Shown here: piece after piece, positions 38,015 to 48,907 of the stretch | Layout of the letters: each line of letters starts with the position of its first letter | Numbering within the stretch: position 1 is the first letter of the stretch | Translations under genes and position numbers: made by a program | The notes under the pieces: model-generated | Database searches by the model: none | Told to the model about the DNA's origin: nothing | What the model saw: the letters and a program-made list of their open reading frames with translations, nothing else | DNA from: Verrucomicrobiota bacterium | GTDB taxonomy: Bacteria > Verrucomicrobiota > Kiritimatiellia > JAAZAB01 | Direction of reading: 5' to 3' | DNA length: 64,000 nt | NCBI GenBank assembly: GCA_043814705.1 | Contig: JBDRJR010000122.1 | Span: forward strand, 9,295 to 73,294

Positions 38015-40747
38015 TCAACGATTTTCTAACGGTTCCACACGGTAATCCGATTCATTCAGATCAACCCGCAGGCCTTGTCCTGGGGTCAAACCAATCCACG
38101 CGACGCCATCCGTATCATTGTTCCCCGGCATTACCGCGCCTGGTTCCACACACCGGATGCGCCAGATGGCGGGCATGCCCGCCGGGTTACGGCACGCAAA
38201 CGTAACCATGTCGGCGTCATCCTGCCCAAGCATGGCCTTGTCCCAGCGCGTAGAGTGTGAAGTGTGAAGCGTGGAGCGTGTTTCCGACACATCCTGTCTG
38301 TTCCACTCTATTTTCAGAACGGTTTCACCGCGCCGGACAATAAACTTGTTGGAGGCGGCTTGATATTGCCAAGCCATATTGCCGCGCCATGCGCCCTGCC
38401 CTTCACTGGCAAGGAGCTGGATCGGAATGCCGCGCTCGCGCGCCACAGTAAGCACCTGCCGGAAAACAGGCGAACGCGCATTGGTCGTTACGCACCAAAG
38501 TTCTTTGACGCGAAAAGCGGCCAATATATCCAGCGCACCACCGGCATGACGCTCGTCCGCCGCCGGCAAAACCAACACGGACAGCTGGTTAACGCCCTGC
38601 CGTTGCAGTTTTTGCACCACACGCCGTCCGGAAAACCGCGATCCGGCATGAACCAGCATATGGGCCGTGCCCGGTGCCTTGATCCGGCAAATGGGTATAC
38701 CACTGATATTGGTTATATCGGCGGATACCCGGTTCCAGTCCGGAATCATACTACCGAGCAAGGCGGCAACCAATAGAGCGGGCCCCGCCAGGCGGATGCT
38801 CCACCGCCGCCATCCATGCTTGATGTCACAGTCCGGATACTGGGCACGGCCCGGCAACCAGGCCAGGAGCGTTCCAAACCAGACAAGCACTGCCCAGATC
38901 GAAGGCGAGGCGACAAAGAAATGACCCCCTGGAATCCGGGCCATGCCATCGGTGATGCAGATCAAAAATGAAACCAGCACTACGTTGGTAAAGTTAAACA
39001 CTTCGCCCAGCCACGGCAAACAGGTTCCAAACAGGATTGAGAAAAAACCGGCTAACAAAACAAAAGCACTGACGGGAATGATTATTAAATTGGCCAGCAA
39101 GGCTATCGGCGAAAATAAGTTGAACCAGCGGGCAATAAGCGGCGTCGAAACGGCCCAAGCCGCCAGGGATGAGACCATCAACAGCGTAACAAAGCGTTGT
39201 GCACTGCGCCGGAATTGGACAACGGGGCGTTCCGGCTCCAATCGCCAGGGGTCCGGCGCCAGCCATGGTTCCAGCAATTTCAGCATGGGCGGGCAGAAAA
39301 CAATCAGGCCGGCCACCACCCCGAACGAAAGCAGAAATCCGTAATCAAACAATTGAAAAGGGTCCACGGCCAGAATCAGGATGGCCGCCAGCGCCATGGC
39401 CGAGGGCAAATCGGGTTTACGGCAAAGCAGGGGCCCGAGGAAAACCAGGAGCGCCATCAAACAGCCGCGCACGGCGCTGGAACTTAACCCCGTGGAAAGC
39501 GTAAAGGCGATTAACACCGGCGCCACATATAGAAACCATTTCACCCGGCACACCCGCTGGGACTGGAGCACCACGATGATGAACAAGGCCAGGATGGCGA
39601 CGTGCTGGCCGGAAATGGCGAAAATGTGATAGGTTCCCGTGGCAATAAAATCGCGGCGGATTTTGTCCGGCAATTCCTGACGATAGCCCAACAACAACGC
39701 CTGCAAGAGGCCCACGACTTCGGGACGATGTTCAATCCCACGTGCCAGATAATTTCCGGCCTTCCGCCGCCCCTGGAAACACCAGGCCATGAGCCGTGCG
39801 CCCTGCCCCTCGGCCAGACAAACACCGGTTGACGGATCCGCGGCAAAGGAATACCTGTTTTTAATCCATTCCCCGACGGGACGTGAAGCTCCCCGCGGTC
39901 CGGCCGTTGCCGGACGGGGCAGCCTACTCCACCGTAGTCCGGCACTGCCGGACGAAGGCTGGATCTTTGCGGAACCCTCCGAAGCTCGTTCCGAAGCATC
40001 AGCGCGAGCAAAGGAGGGCTCATTCGGGAAACGAGCGTTATCCACAAGGACACCGGCAAAGCGCCAGCGTTCGCCATAATGCGGAAACTTTTTCCCCGGG
40101 ATATCGCGCAAACTGATCTGAACCGTGCCACGCGCCTTCTGCCAGGACGGCAGGCGCCGGATCGCTTCCACGCGCAAAGGGAAACTCCACGTGCGCCTGG
40201 TTCCATCCCACGTCACCCTCATAAACGGATCATCCGTGATAACCCCGGATAGCTCCACCCCTTCGCGCGGCTGATCCATTAACGCCGCCAACTCGCGGCC
40301 GGATGGATTATGCAGATATAACGCCACATTCAGCCAAGCGGTCAACAAAACCGCCAGGTATAAGCAAAACAGGCTGAGGGCAGGCAGAAGACGGACTGAG
40401 GATAGGTTGTAGACCGTGGGCTGTGGGCTGTGGGCTGGCGGAACCGAAAGCGGCAAATGCCGCACCGCCCAATACGCCGCCCAACTACCCGCCACCGATA
40501 TAACCAGCGCTGACACCGCCGTCAGAAAAAGAATGCGCGGCGCAAGCGCGGGGACAAAAATACCACCAACAATGCCAAGGATACAGCATGCGGTCAGGCC
40601 CAACAGCGGGCGGCGCAGAATGGGCTGATTGGGGCATTGCACGGGCATACCGACATGATAACGCACACAACATGGAAAACCAAGACCAGAGCCAATATGG
40701 TCGGACACGCAGACAAAACACGTAGCCGATATCAGCGGTGCCCACAA
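38015..40747 (-). CDS. comEC: DNA internalization competence protein ComEC/Rec2 (competence domain plus C-terminal metallo-beta-lactamase domain)
   Basis: Polytopic membrane core with a DUF4131-like N-terminus, a competence domain, and a C-terminal MBL fold (HAGSRFSGRRVV...ADERHAGG). The N-terminal extent is uncertain (910 aa as called). Confidence 0.8.
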   Translation of the reverse strand: MWAPLISATCFVCVSDHIGSGLGFPCCVRYHVGMPVQCPNQPILRRPLLGLTACCILGIVGGIFVPALAPRILFLTAVSALVISVAGSWAAYWAVRHLPLSVPPAHSPQPTVYNLSSVRLLPALSLFCLYLAVLLTAWLNVALYLHNPSGRELAALMDQPREGVELSGVITDDPFMRVTWDGTRRTWSFPLRVEAIRRLPSWQKARGTVQISLRDIPGKKFPHYGERWRFAGVLVDNARFPNEPSFARADASERASEGSAKIQPSSGSAGLRWSRLPRPATAGPRGASRPVGEWIKNRYSFAADPSTGVCLAEGQGARLMAWCFQGRRKAGNYLARGIEHRPEVVGLLQALLLGYRQELPDKIRRDFIATGTYHIFAISGQHVAILALFIIVVLQSQRVCRVKWFLYVAPVLIAFTLSTGLSSSAVRGCLMALLVFLGPLLCRKPDLPSAMALAAILILAVDPFQLFDYGFLLSFGVVAGLIVFCPPMLKLLEPWLAPDPWRLEPERPVVQFRRSAQRFVTLLMVSSLAAWAVSTPLIARWFNLFSPIALLANLIIIPVSAFVLLAGFFSILFGTCLPWLGEVFNFTNVVLVSFLICITDGMARIPGGHFFVASPSIWAVLVWFGTLLAWLPGRAQYPDCDIKHGWRRWSIRLAGPALLVAALLGSMIPDWNRVSADITNISGIPICRIKAPGTAHMLVHAGSRFSGRRVVQKLQRQGVNQLSVLVLPAADERHAGGALDILAAFRVKELWCVTTNARSPVFRQVLTVARERGIPIQLLASEGQGAWRGNMAWQYQAASNKFIVRRGETVLKIEWNRQDVSETRSTLHTSHSTRWDKAMLGQDDADMVTFACRNPAGMPAIWRIRCVEPGAVMPGNNDTDGVAWIGLTPGQGLRVDLNESDYRVEPLENR

Positions 40748-40823
40748 TAATATATACCCTCTCCCAAAGGAGAGGATGAGGTTTCATTAAGCGAAAACGT
40801 TTAGATGACACCGTGGCCGGTCT

Positions 40824-42128
40824 TTAAGGACGCTTCAGGAACAGCTCGATCACCGGCACGGTTACGGGCGGCTTTTGAACCGGCAAGGTCAACGTTAGCG
40901 TATTCCGGTTGGAAGGCGACTGAGTTTGCCCGTGCAAAGCGAAATCTGACTGGTTGGCAAATTTGATTTCGGATGCGTCATTCAGGACCTGGGCGTATGC
41001 CACTTTGCCGGCAAATCCGTCCAGGTGCAGATGCACGAACGGCCAGGCAAACACGTGCACATAAAGCCGGTTGGTCTGCGGGTTATAGGTCAGGCGGCAA
41101 TCCTGCGGCGTCTGGAACCCGTTCGGAGCCTGGGTACAGCCGTAAATGGAACGGCTGTGGCGTTTCATCCATGCGCCTATGGCGGCCAGCCGGTCAAGTG
41201 CGCGCTGATCGAATTCACCGCGGCCGGTCGGCCCAACGTTCAGCAGAAGATTGCCGCCCTTGCTGACGGAGTCAATCAGCATCTGCACCAATTGGTCCAC
41301 ACTCTTCCAACTGGTTTCATCGCGATGGTAACCCCACGAGCCCGAAAATGTCTGGCAGGCCTCCCAGACCACCCGCCGGCCATTGACCCGCACCCATTCC
41401 CGCGGCTGGAACTGCTCGGGCGTCTTGATATCCCACTCTTCCGGCAGATCAAGCCGGTCGTTCAGGATAATATGCGGCGCCAGCTTGCGGACCAGGGCAT
41501 ACAGTTTTGCGCTTTGCCAGTCCTTCTGACCTTTGCCACTGCCATCCGGTTTGGGATAGCTGAAATCGAACCAAAGCACATCCACTTTACCGAACTTGGT
41601 CAGGAGTTCGCGCACCTGGCCGTGCAGGTAACGGGCATACTTGGCCTGGTCGCGCCCCCTGTTCATTTGCGCGCGGTCCGGCCGGTTACGATAGGGCCCG
41701 ATATGCGGATCAATGACATTCTGGGGATGATGCCAGTCAATCAACGAATGGTAAAACCCGACGCGCAGGTCCTGTTCGCGGAAGGCCTTGACCATGGGGC
41801 GCAGGAGATCACGGCCGGCCGGCGTATTGGGCGCCTTATAATCGGTGAGCTTGGTATCCCACAGGCAGAAGCCCTCATGGTGCTTGGTGGTGATGACAAA
41901 ATATTTCATGCCGGCGTCGGCGGCGGCCTTGGCCCAGAGTTTGGGCTTGTAGAGATCGGGATCGAAATGCCGGAAATACATATCGTAACGCTCATCCGGG
42001 ATTTCCTCGTTATGCTTGACCCACTCATGGCGCGCCGGCTGGGCATAAAGCCCCCAGTGGATGAACATCCCGAAGCGGTCACGCACAAACCACGATGTAT
42101 CACCGGTCGTTTTTCGAACTTTATCCAT
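40824..42128 (-). CDS. Alpha-L-fucosidase (GH29), cytoplasmic (no signal peptide)
   Basis: FGMFIHWGLYA, HHEGFCLWDT, and the catalytic nucleophile region of GH29. Confidence 0.85.
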   Translation of the reverse strand: MDKVRKTTGDTSWFVRDRFGMFIHWGLYAQPARHEWVKHNEEIPDERYDMYFRHFDPDLYKPKLWAKAAADAGMKYFVITTKHHEGFCLWDTKLTDYKAPNTPAGRDLLRPMVKAFREQDLRVGFYHSLIDWHHPQNVIDPHIGPYRNRPDRAQMNRGRDQAKYARYLHGQVRELLTKFGKVDVLWFDFSYPKPDGSGKGQKDWQSAKLYALVRKLAPHIILNDRLDLPEEWDIKTPEQFQPREWVRVNGRRVVWEACQTFSGSWGYHRDETSWKSVDQLVQMLIDSVSKGGNLLLNVGPTGRGEFDQRALDRLAAIGAWMKRHSRSIYGCTQAPNGFQTPQDCRLTYNPQTNRLYVHVFAWPFVHLHLDGFAGKVAYAQVLNDASEIKFANQSDFALHGQTQSPSNRNTLTLTLPVQKPPVTVPVIELFLKRP

Positions 42129-42209
42129 TGTTTATTCCCTTTCAAAGGCAATACTTCAAAGACACAATCATATGCGTTCCAAATCAAATTGTAATCGTTT
42201 GTTTATTCG

Positions 42210-42971
42210 TTATTTCATGCTGGTCGTAATTTTGTTCATGCCAGCGGGGCTCCCGCGGGCGGCGCGCATGCAGATCGCGGCCACATCAGCCGGCCGTTCC
42301 TGGGGTAAGTAATGACCGGCATCGGCAATCCAGCATATTTTGATATTAGATCGGTCGGGAATCGCAAGGATGCCGCGCGTAGCTTCCGTCTTACCCATGC
42401 TACCGTATACTTCAAAGACCGGCATGGCCATCCGTGCCAGGATTGGCGCCGCATCAAAGGCCTGGACTGATGCCCAGAAGTTATTCCAGACCGCCGTGGC
42501 AAAACGAGCTCTTGTTGCCGTCGCTTTCTTCTGAATCTGCTCAACGGCCTGCGACGGCAATTGGCCATAAAACCTTTCACCGGCAAAGGCATTTGCCGCC
42601 CGCAGACTGGTCCAGCCTTCGAGTAACACCAACGCCTTGATCCAAGGCGAACGGGAAGCAATTTCCAGAGCCACCATACCGCCGAGACTGTGACCGACCA
42701 GAACTACGTCCTGCAACCCAAGTCCATTCACCAGCAGGATAACATCGTCGGCCAGATCGCTCAACACAAAGGAATCCCTGGCAACGTCGCTTGCCCCATG
42801 CCCGCGAAAATCCACCCGCACCAGAGGACCGCCGGCGCACAAAGCGGCCGTAACGTCGTTCCAGTCAGACATATTGCAGCCCGTTCCGTGGAGGAACACA
42901 AACGGCGCTCGGTCCGACTTGCCTGCGCAAGTATAGCCCATCCGACCCCATGGCATGTCAAGATATTGCAT
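42210..42971 (-). CDS. Alpha/beta-fold hydrolase
   Basis: HGTGCN oxyanion region, GHSLGG nucleophile elbow, and a C-terminal His. Confidence 0.75.
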   Translation of the reverse strand: MQYLDMPWGRMGYTCAGKSDRAPFVFLHGTGCNMSDWNDVTAALCAGGPLVRVDFRGHGASDVARDSFVLSDLADDVILLVNGLGLQDVVLVGHSLGGMVALEIASRSPWIKALVLLEGWTSLRAANAFAGERFYGQLPSQAVEQIQKKATATRARFATAVWNNFWASVQAFDAAPILARMAMPVFEVYGSMGKTEATRGILAIPDRSNIKICWIADAGHYLPQERPADVAAICMRAARGSPAGMNKITTSMK

Positions 42972-42985
42972 GATGATGGCAACGG

Positions 42986-44245
42986 TTATCTGGCGTCCGA
43001 TGTCCGGCGTCCGGCGTCTGATCGCCGCCGGATGGCCGCAATGCGCTGGAGAACCGGCGGGTGACTGTAGTCGAAAAACACCTTGAGCGGATGCGGCGTC
43101 AAGTTGGCAAGATTATCCACACTCAACTTTTTCAAGGCTGTGATCATAATTTCCGGCTGGTTGAAACTATCCGCGGCAAACGCGTCAGCCTGGTATTCAA
43201 ATTGGCGGGAGACCCAGTTGCTGAAAACGGAAAGCGCCATATCAATCGGCGTATAAAGCAGGCCAAAAAATACGATCCCCGCATACACGGAAGGTTTGGC
43301 CACACCACATGCCTGAAAAAGCGCGGGCATCCGGATCACCAGCGACAGAATAAAGAACATCAGGCCGGAGCTGGCCAGCGAAATCAGCAAAAACTTATAA
43401 ATATGACGGTATTGATAATGACCGATCTCGTGCGCCAGCACACTGACCAGTTCCGGCGTGGTATGCTTCTGGATCAGCGTGTCGTAAAGCACAATCCGCC
43501 GGAACCGGCCAAACCCCGTGAACATGGCATTGGCCTTCGCGGACCGCCTGGATCCATCCATGGCATACACGCCCTGCATCTTGAAATTCTGCGAACGGGC
43601 ATAATTTTCAATTGCCTGGCGCAGTTCACCCGGCGGCAGGGGAACAAACTTATTGAAAAGCGGCATAATGACAACCGGCGCAATAAATGCCAGGAACAAC
43701 TGAAAACCAAAAAGTCCAAGCCAGGCATAAACCCAGGCCCGCGAACCGGCTTTTTCAAAGAACCACAACACGAGCGCCAGCGCCAAGGCGCCCAAAATGC
43801 CGGCCAACGCCACACTTTTCAGCAGGTCCAGCACAAAGGTGCCGACCGTCATCCGGTTGAATCCGTAGCGCTCCTCAATCACAAATGTCTCATAGATTGC
43901 GAACGGGAGCTGAATGAAAAAAAACGGAATCATCAGGAGACCGGCAAAGATCAGGCCGGTAACAATCGCCCCCGCCTGAAAATGGCGCGCCGCCTGATCA
44001 ACAAGCGCAAAACCGCCCGCCAGGATAAAAACAACGATCAGGGCGGTAAAAAAGATGGTCTTGATGATAGCAAGCCAGGTATTGGCGCGCAGATAGGCTT
44101 GGGATGTTTGGTAGCGCGCGGCGTCATAATACCCCTCGAATTCCGACGGCAGTCGCGTGGTTAACTGCCGGACATTAAGCCAGTTGATCAGGACATCCAG
44201 CAGGCATGCGCCGACCAGCACGATCAAAATGAGGACAAGCATTTT
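42986..44245 (-). CDS. M48 family zinc metalloprotease (Ste24/HtpX-like, CAAX-protease type)
   Basis: HEIGHYQYRH zinc motif after multi-TM helices. The start is taken at MLVLILIV, because the longer ORF to 44389 runs through a heptamer repeat. Confidence 0.8.
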   Translation of the reverse strand, partial: KMLVLILIVLVGACLLDVLINWLNVRQLTTRLPSEFEGYYDAARYQTSQAYLRANTWLAIIKTIFFTALIVVFILAGGFALVDQAARHFQAGAIVTGLIFAGLLMIPFFFIQLPFAIYETFVIEERYGFNRMTVGTFVLDLLKSVALAGILGALALALVLWFFEKAGSRAWVYAWLGLFGFQLFLAFIAPVVIMPLFNKFVPLPPGELRQAIENYARSQNFKMQGVYAMDGSRRSAKANAMFTGFGRFRRIVLYDTLIQKHTTPELVSVLAHEIGHYQYRHIYKFLLISLASSGLMFFILSLVIRMPALFQACGVAKPSVYAGIVFFGLLYTPIDMALSVFSNWVSRQFEYQADAFAADSFNQPEIMITALKKLSVDNLANLTPHPLKVFFDYSHPPVLQRIAAIRRRSDAGRRTSDAR

Positions 44246-44385
44246 ATGAGCCACGGGTGTAAGGCCTCCTCCGGCGCCAACATGGTGATATTCGGCATTC
44301 CATGATTCATCATCGTTGCGCTTATTATTACAAGCGCATATCCAACAAACGAAGAACCAAAAACGAGGAACAAAGAACGTTTTCT

Positions 44386-44637
44386 TCAATATTGCTTTTC
44401 ATACTCGCCCTTGCCAAGGCGTTTCAACTTATGGAAACCGGCCTGGCTGGCGCGCCGATCAAGCGTGCTTTTTGATCCACCCACCACCGGCGCCGAGATC
44501 AGGCGCCCAACCGGCGCGCCGCAGGCAGGGCATTTATCCAAAGACGGCGACTGCAGACGCTCCAACCGTTCAAACGGGCGGCAACAGACGGCGCATCCCC
44601 GCGCCGGATCATTAGCTTGATATTCGCGGATAGGCAT
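44386..44637 (-). CDS. FmdB-family zinc-ribbon protein
   Basis: MPIREYQ...CAVCC...CPACG: two CxxC pairs with the FmdB N-terminal signature. Confidence 0.7.
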   Translation of the reverse strand: MPIREYQANDPARGCAVCCRPFERLERLQSPSLDKCPACGAPVGRLISAPVVGGSKSTLDRRASQAGFHKLKRLGKGEYEKQY

Positions 44638-44844
44638 ATATGATATTTTGGATTGTTGATTTTCGATTTATGATTGAAAACAATCTGAAACCGACCTGGT
44701 GCAGGCGGACCGCCTTCACTTTGCGCTTGACTCCGCCATTTTTTTTTGGAAACTACCCAAATTCCTGTTTGCCGGCAAACAACGCATCCTCGCTACCGAC
44801 CATGCCGGCAAACGCAAAGACACTATAACAAAGGACACTCCGGT

Positions 44845-45972
44845 ATGAAATCTAAATTTCGATGCAATCTGGCACACCAGGGCAACTTGTCCGCCATAGC
44901 CTTGGCAACGAAGGAAGCCCTCACTGCTTCGCCAAGGCGCTACGCAAGGGCAAGTCGACGAAGCTTGGCGGGCGGCATTGTGATCGCCCTGGTCTTGGCC
45001 TCCAGCATACCAGTCCTCGCGCGCATCAAGAAGGCGGTCACCATCGCACGCGACCCCTATGTGGGCGCCATGGTAATTGACGCCGCGAGCGGCCAGATTC
45101 TGGCCGCCGATAATCCCGACGTCAAGGCTTATCCTGCCAGTGTGCTGAAACTGATGAATCTCCTGATCATCCTCGATAAAATCCAGGCCGGCGTCTTGAC
45201 TCTGCAGGACAAGGTGCTGGTCACGGCGGAAGCCGCCCGCATCGGCGGCTCGCAGGTGTATCTCAAGGAAAACGAGACGTTCACTATTGACGAACTGCTG
45301 TATGCGCTCATGGTGCAATCGGCCAACGATGCCGCCACGGCCTTAGCCATCCACACGGCGGGCAGTAAGGACGGGTTTGTTGAGCTTATGAACCAATGCG
45401 CCCGTGCACTGGGCATGCAATCCACGGAATTTCATTCGATCCACGGTTTGCCGCCAGGACCCGGCCAGAAACCGGATGTCACCACCCCCCGCGATCTGGC
45501 GCGCCTGGCACGTGCGCTTTTAAACTATCCGGATGCCCTGCGCTACACCTCAACGCGCGAGCGCGCTTTCCGTAACAATACGTTTATCATGCGGACACAC
45601 AATCATTTACTGGGCCGGATCGCCGGTTGTGACGGCATGAAAACCGGTTATTTTACCGCCGCCGGCTATTCCATCGTTGCCACCGCCCGCCGGGACGACA
45701 ATCGCGTCATTGCCGTGGTCATGGGCAGTGTCAGCCGAAAAATCAGGGACACCAAGACAGCCGAGTTGCTCGCCAAGGGTTTCATGCTGATGCCTAAGAA
45801 ACCGGCGCTGGCGCCGGCAATCACCAATCTGCCGCCGCCGGCGCCGCCGCCGGCGGAAAGCTGTTCAGCCGGCCACACAACGGCAAAGATCGTCCTGCTG
45901 ATTGCAGTCCTGGCGCTGGCGGCGCTGGGAATCGTTTATTTTTTGAACCTGCGCCGGCGCCCTCCGGAATGA
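44845..45972 (+). CDS. D-alanyl-D-alanine carboxypeptidase (PBP5/6-type serine peptidase S11)
   Basis: SxxK (ASVLK), SxN (SAND) and KTG (KTGYF) motifs, a signal/anchor, and a C-terminal membrane anchor. Confidence 0.8.
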   Translation: MKSKFRCNLAHQGNLSAIALATKEALTASPRRYARASRRSLAGGIVIALVLASSIPVLARIKKAVTIARDPYVGAMVIDAASGQILAADNPDVKAYPASVLKLMNLLIILDKIQAGVLTLQDKVLVTAEAARIGGSQVYLKENETFTIDELLYALMVQSANDAATALAIHTAGSKDGFVELMNQCARALGMQSTEFHSIHGLPPGPGQKPDVTTPRDLARLARALLNYPDALRYTSTRERAFRNNTFIMRTHNHLLGRIAGCDGMKTGYFTAAGYSIVATARRDDNRVIAVVMGSVSRKIRDTKTAELLAKGFMLMPKKPALAPAITNLPPPAPPPAESCSAGHTTAKIVLLIAVLALAALGIVYFLNLRRRPPE

Positions 45973-46009
45973 TCCGGATGCGCGCGGGTAAAACAGGCCA
46001 TTACCGTAT

Positions 46010-47071
46010 ATGAACGCCGTCACATATCGAGAATTCTTTTTTTTAACATCATTCATTTTTTCGTTATTTTTTCTCACCGCTTGCAACGTGCGCCAACCGA
46101 TACCGAAACAATCATTCCTGGCAATGGGCACGCTGGGTTCCGTATCTTTATCGGCAAGCGAAGCGAATCGGATGGGAGAAGCAACCGCCATAGTAACAAA
46201 CGTCCTGAGCAATCTGGAAAAGCGTTGCAGTGTATATCGACTGGAAAGCGAACTCTCGCGTTTGAATGCCCAGGGCGCGAACCGGCCGCTTCCGGTTTCA
46301 CGGGAATTGCGCGAAATATTGGCTTTGGCCAAGGCCTACGGAGACCTAAGCGGCGGCGCGTTCGACGTCACCATCGGCCCGATTATGAAACTCTGGGGAT
46401 TCAACCAGAACCGGATACCGGCCAACCCGTTGACGCCCGATCAGATAAGGCCTTTTCTGGACAAGATCGGCTATCGGCACATCGTTCTTTCCAACGACAC
46501 CGTATGCCTGGATCAGGCCGACATCCAGGTGGATCTGGGCGGAATTGTCAAGGGCTATGCCGTTGACCGGTGTTGCGCGGAATTATTGAACCGCGGCCTT
46601 TCCAATGCCCTTGTGAATTTTGGCGGCAACATGCGCGCCCTGGGCGCGCCCGCCAAAGACCGGGCGTGGAAAATCGCGGTACGCAACCCATTCCGGCCCG
46701 ACCAATCACTCGGCACATTGTGCCTGTCGAACGGGCAGGCCGTGGCCACGTCCGGCAATTATGAGCGGTTCGTGACCTTGCACGGACGCCGCTATGGCCA
46801 TATTATGGATCCGCGCACCGGTTTTCCGGCAAGCGGCATGGCGGGCGTCACGGTCCTGGCGCAAACCGCCGCGGACGCCGACGCCCTTTCTACCATGCTT
46901 TTTGTGCAGGGCACACGGGAAGGGTTGGTTACGCTGAAAAAAAAACCGGGGTGCGCCGCGCTATTCGTGCCCGATCAACAACCTCTCGAAATCCTGATCA
47001 CACCAAGATTCGCCGGCTGGTTCAGTCCGAACCCGGACTTGGCGGACCGGGTAATACTGTTAAACGAATGA
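46010..47071 (+). CDS. apbE: FAD:protein FMN transferase ApbE (lipoprotein)
   Basis: Lipobox LTAC. LAMGT motif, GGIVKGYAVD, and a C-terminal Mg/FAD-binding region. It lies immediately upstream of rnf, whose D and G subunits it flavinylates. Confidence 0.85.
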   Translation: MNAVTYREFFFLTSFIFSLFFLTACNVRQPIPKQSFLAMGTLGSVSLSASEANRMGEATAIVTNVLSNLEKRCSVYRLESELSRLNAQGANRPLPVSRELREILALAKAYGDLSGGAFDVTIGPIMKLWGFNQNRIPANPLTPDQIRPFLDKIGYRHIVLSNDTVCLDQADIQVDLGGIVKGYAVDRCCAELLNRGLSNALVNFGGNMRALGAPAKDRAWKIAVRNPFRPDQSLGTLCLSNGQAVATSGNYERFVTLHGRRYGHIMDPRTGFPASGMAGVTVLAQTAADADALSTMLFVQGTREGLVTLKKKPGCAALFVPDQQPLEILITPRFAGWFSPNPDLADRVILLNE

Positions 47072-47149
47072 AAGTCGCGCTCCAATGCGCGTTTTTTTAT
47101 TTTGATTTCCGGCAAGTTTTGTAATACAAATGAATCACACGGAACTAAC

Positions 47150-47746
47150 ATGGAAAAATACATTCTGCTGATTCTCGGCGCGGTGCTGGTCAATAATTTT
47201 GTGCTGACCCGCTTCCTGGGAATCTGCCCGTTTTTGGGGGTTTCCAGAAATTTGCCGACGGCACTGGGCATGTGCGCCGCGCTTACTTTTGTGATGACCT
47301 GCGCCTCGGCGGTGGTTTGGTTGATATCGCGATGCTTGCTGGAACCATCCGGCGCGTTCCACGCTGACCTGACCTACCTGCAGACCATCGTGTTCATTCT
47401 GGTTATTGCGGCCTTTGTGCAGTTTGTGGAAATGATTATCCGGAAATTCAGCCCGATGCTTTACAAGGGCCTGGGGATTTATCTGCCGCTGATTACGACC
47501 AATTGCGCCGTGCTGGGCGTGGCCGTGCTGAATGTGCAAAAGGGCTTTAACCTGTTGGCCGCCACACTGTTCGGGTTTGGCGCCGCCGCCGGCTTTTCGC
47601 TGGCGCTTATTATTTTCACAGGCTTGCGCGAAAAAATCGATCGCGCCAACCCGCCGCAAGCGTTCCGCGGCACCGCCATCGCGCTCCTGACGGCCGGCCA
47701 GTTGAGCCTGGCCTTCATGGGTTTCGCGGCGTTGATCAAAATGTGA
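47150..47746 (+). CDS. rnfA: Rnf complex subunit A
   Basis: [30 protein letters not shown] is a classic RnfA/NqrE N-terminus. Confidence 0.9.
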   Translation: MEKYILLILGAVLVNNFVLTRFLGICPFLGVSRNLPTALGMCAALTFVMTCASAVVWLISRCLLEPSGAFHADLTYLQTIVFILVIAAFVQFVEMIIRKFSPMLYKGLGIYLPLITTNCAVLGVAVLNVQKGFNLLAATLFGFGAAAGFSLALIIFTGLREKIDRANPPQAFRGTAIALLTAGQLSLAFMGFAALIKM

Positions 47747-48091
47747 TTAAAGACGTTCATGGTTTTCCGTTCGTTATTTTTCGCTTTGAACAAACCATTG
47801 GATTAGGCCCGGCGGTTGCCGGGCAACTTTGACAAAACGATCAGCCACAAAAACGCACAAGATTCACAAACATGATAAATCAATGCGCTTTTTCGTGCTT
47901 TTTGTGTCCGGCACCTGCCGGATGGCAACTTTAAAATTCCTTGGCATCGAAGTTAGGCGGCAAGGCCGCCGCTAATCGCACCCGGAAGTCGCGATCCACC
48001 TTAAGAAATCGTTGCCCGAGGTGGACGCCGCCGTCCCGGCGGCGTTTCCGTGCCATCGGCGACTAATTTGACAACCAGGAACATTGAGCGC

Positions 48092-48907
48092 ATGTCTGCG
48101 GATATTATAAATTCAACCATCATTACGGGCGGGATCGGGCTGTTTTGCAGTGTCCTGCTGGGCGTAGCCGCGCGTTTTTTCGCCGTGCACGAGGACCAGC
48201 GCATTGAGGCGCTTACCGCCCTCCTGCCCGGCGCCAACTGCGGCGCCTGTGGTTTTCCCGGGTGCGCCGAATATGCCCGCGCGCTCATCGGCGCGCACGC
48301 CAAAGTCAACCTTTGCAAACCAGGCGGAGCAACAACCATGCACGCGCTGGCATCCTGTCTGGGAATTGAGCCGGTGGTCACGGAACGGCAGGTGGCCATT
48401 GTGCTCTGCAACGGGGATGATCAAACAGCCGCACGCAAATTTCGCTATAATGGCATCGCCGATTGCGCCGCCGCGGCGCTCGTGGGCGGAGGCGACAAGG
48501 CCTGCAGTTACGGATGCCTGGGGCTGGGAAGCTGTGCGCGCGTTTGCCCGACCGACGCCATCGAAATTACGCCTGCACACCTGGCCGTTGTGCATCCGGA
48601 ACTGTGCATCGGCTGTGGACAGTGCCTGAAAGCCTGTCCTAAAAAGATCATCCGGCTCGTGCCCGAAAGCCGGACGATTCACATCCTGTGCCGGTCGAAG
48701 GACCGCGGGAACGTGGTAAAAAAGAACTGCTCCGTCGGTTGTATTGCCTGCACGCTCTGCACCAAGGTGGCGGGCAATGCCATCAGGATGGAAGGCGCCC
48801 TGGCCGTCGTGGATTACAGCCAGGAGTTGGAAAATGAAGCGGTCATCGCCAAGTGCCCGCAACACACAATCATCAAGCGTTCCGGCCGGAAGGCGGTCCC
48901 GGCATGA
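48092..48907 (+). CDS. rnfB: Rnf complex subunit B (polyferredoxin)
   Basis: N-terminal TM anchor, a GANCGACGFPGC cluster, and two further 4Fe-4S CxxCxxCxxxCP motifs. Confidence 0.85.
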   Translation: MSADIINSTIITGGIGLFCSVLLGVAARFFAVHEDQRIEALTALLPGANCGACGFPGCAEYARALIGAHAKVNLCKPGGATTMHALASCLGIEPVVTERQVAIVLCNGDDQTAARKFRYNGIADCAAAALVGGGDKACSYGCLGLGSCARVCPTDAIEITPAHLAVVHPELCIGCGQCLKACPKKIIRLVPESRTIHILCRSKDRGNVVKKNCSVGCIACTLCTKVAGNAIRMEGALAVVDYSQELENEAVIAKCPQHTIIKRSGRKAVPA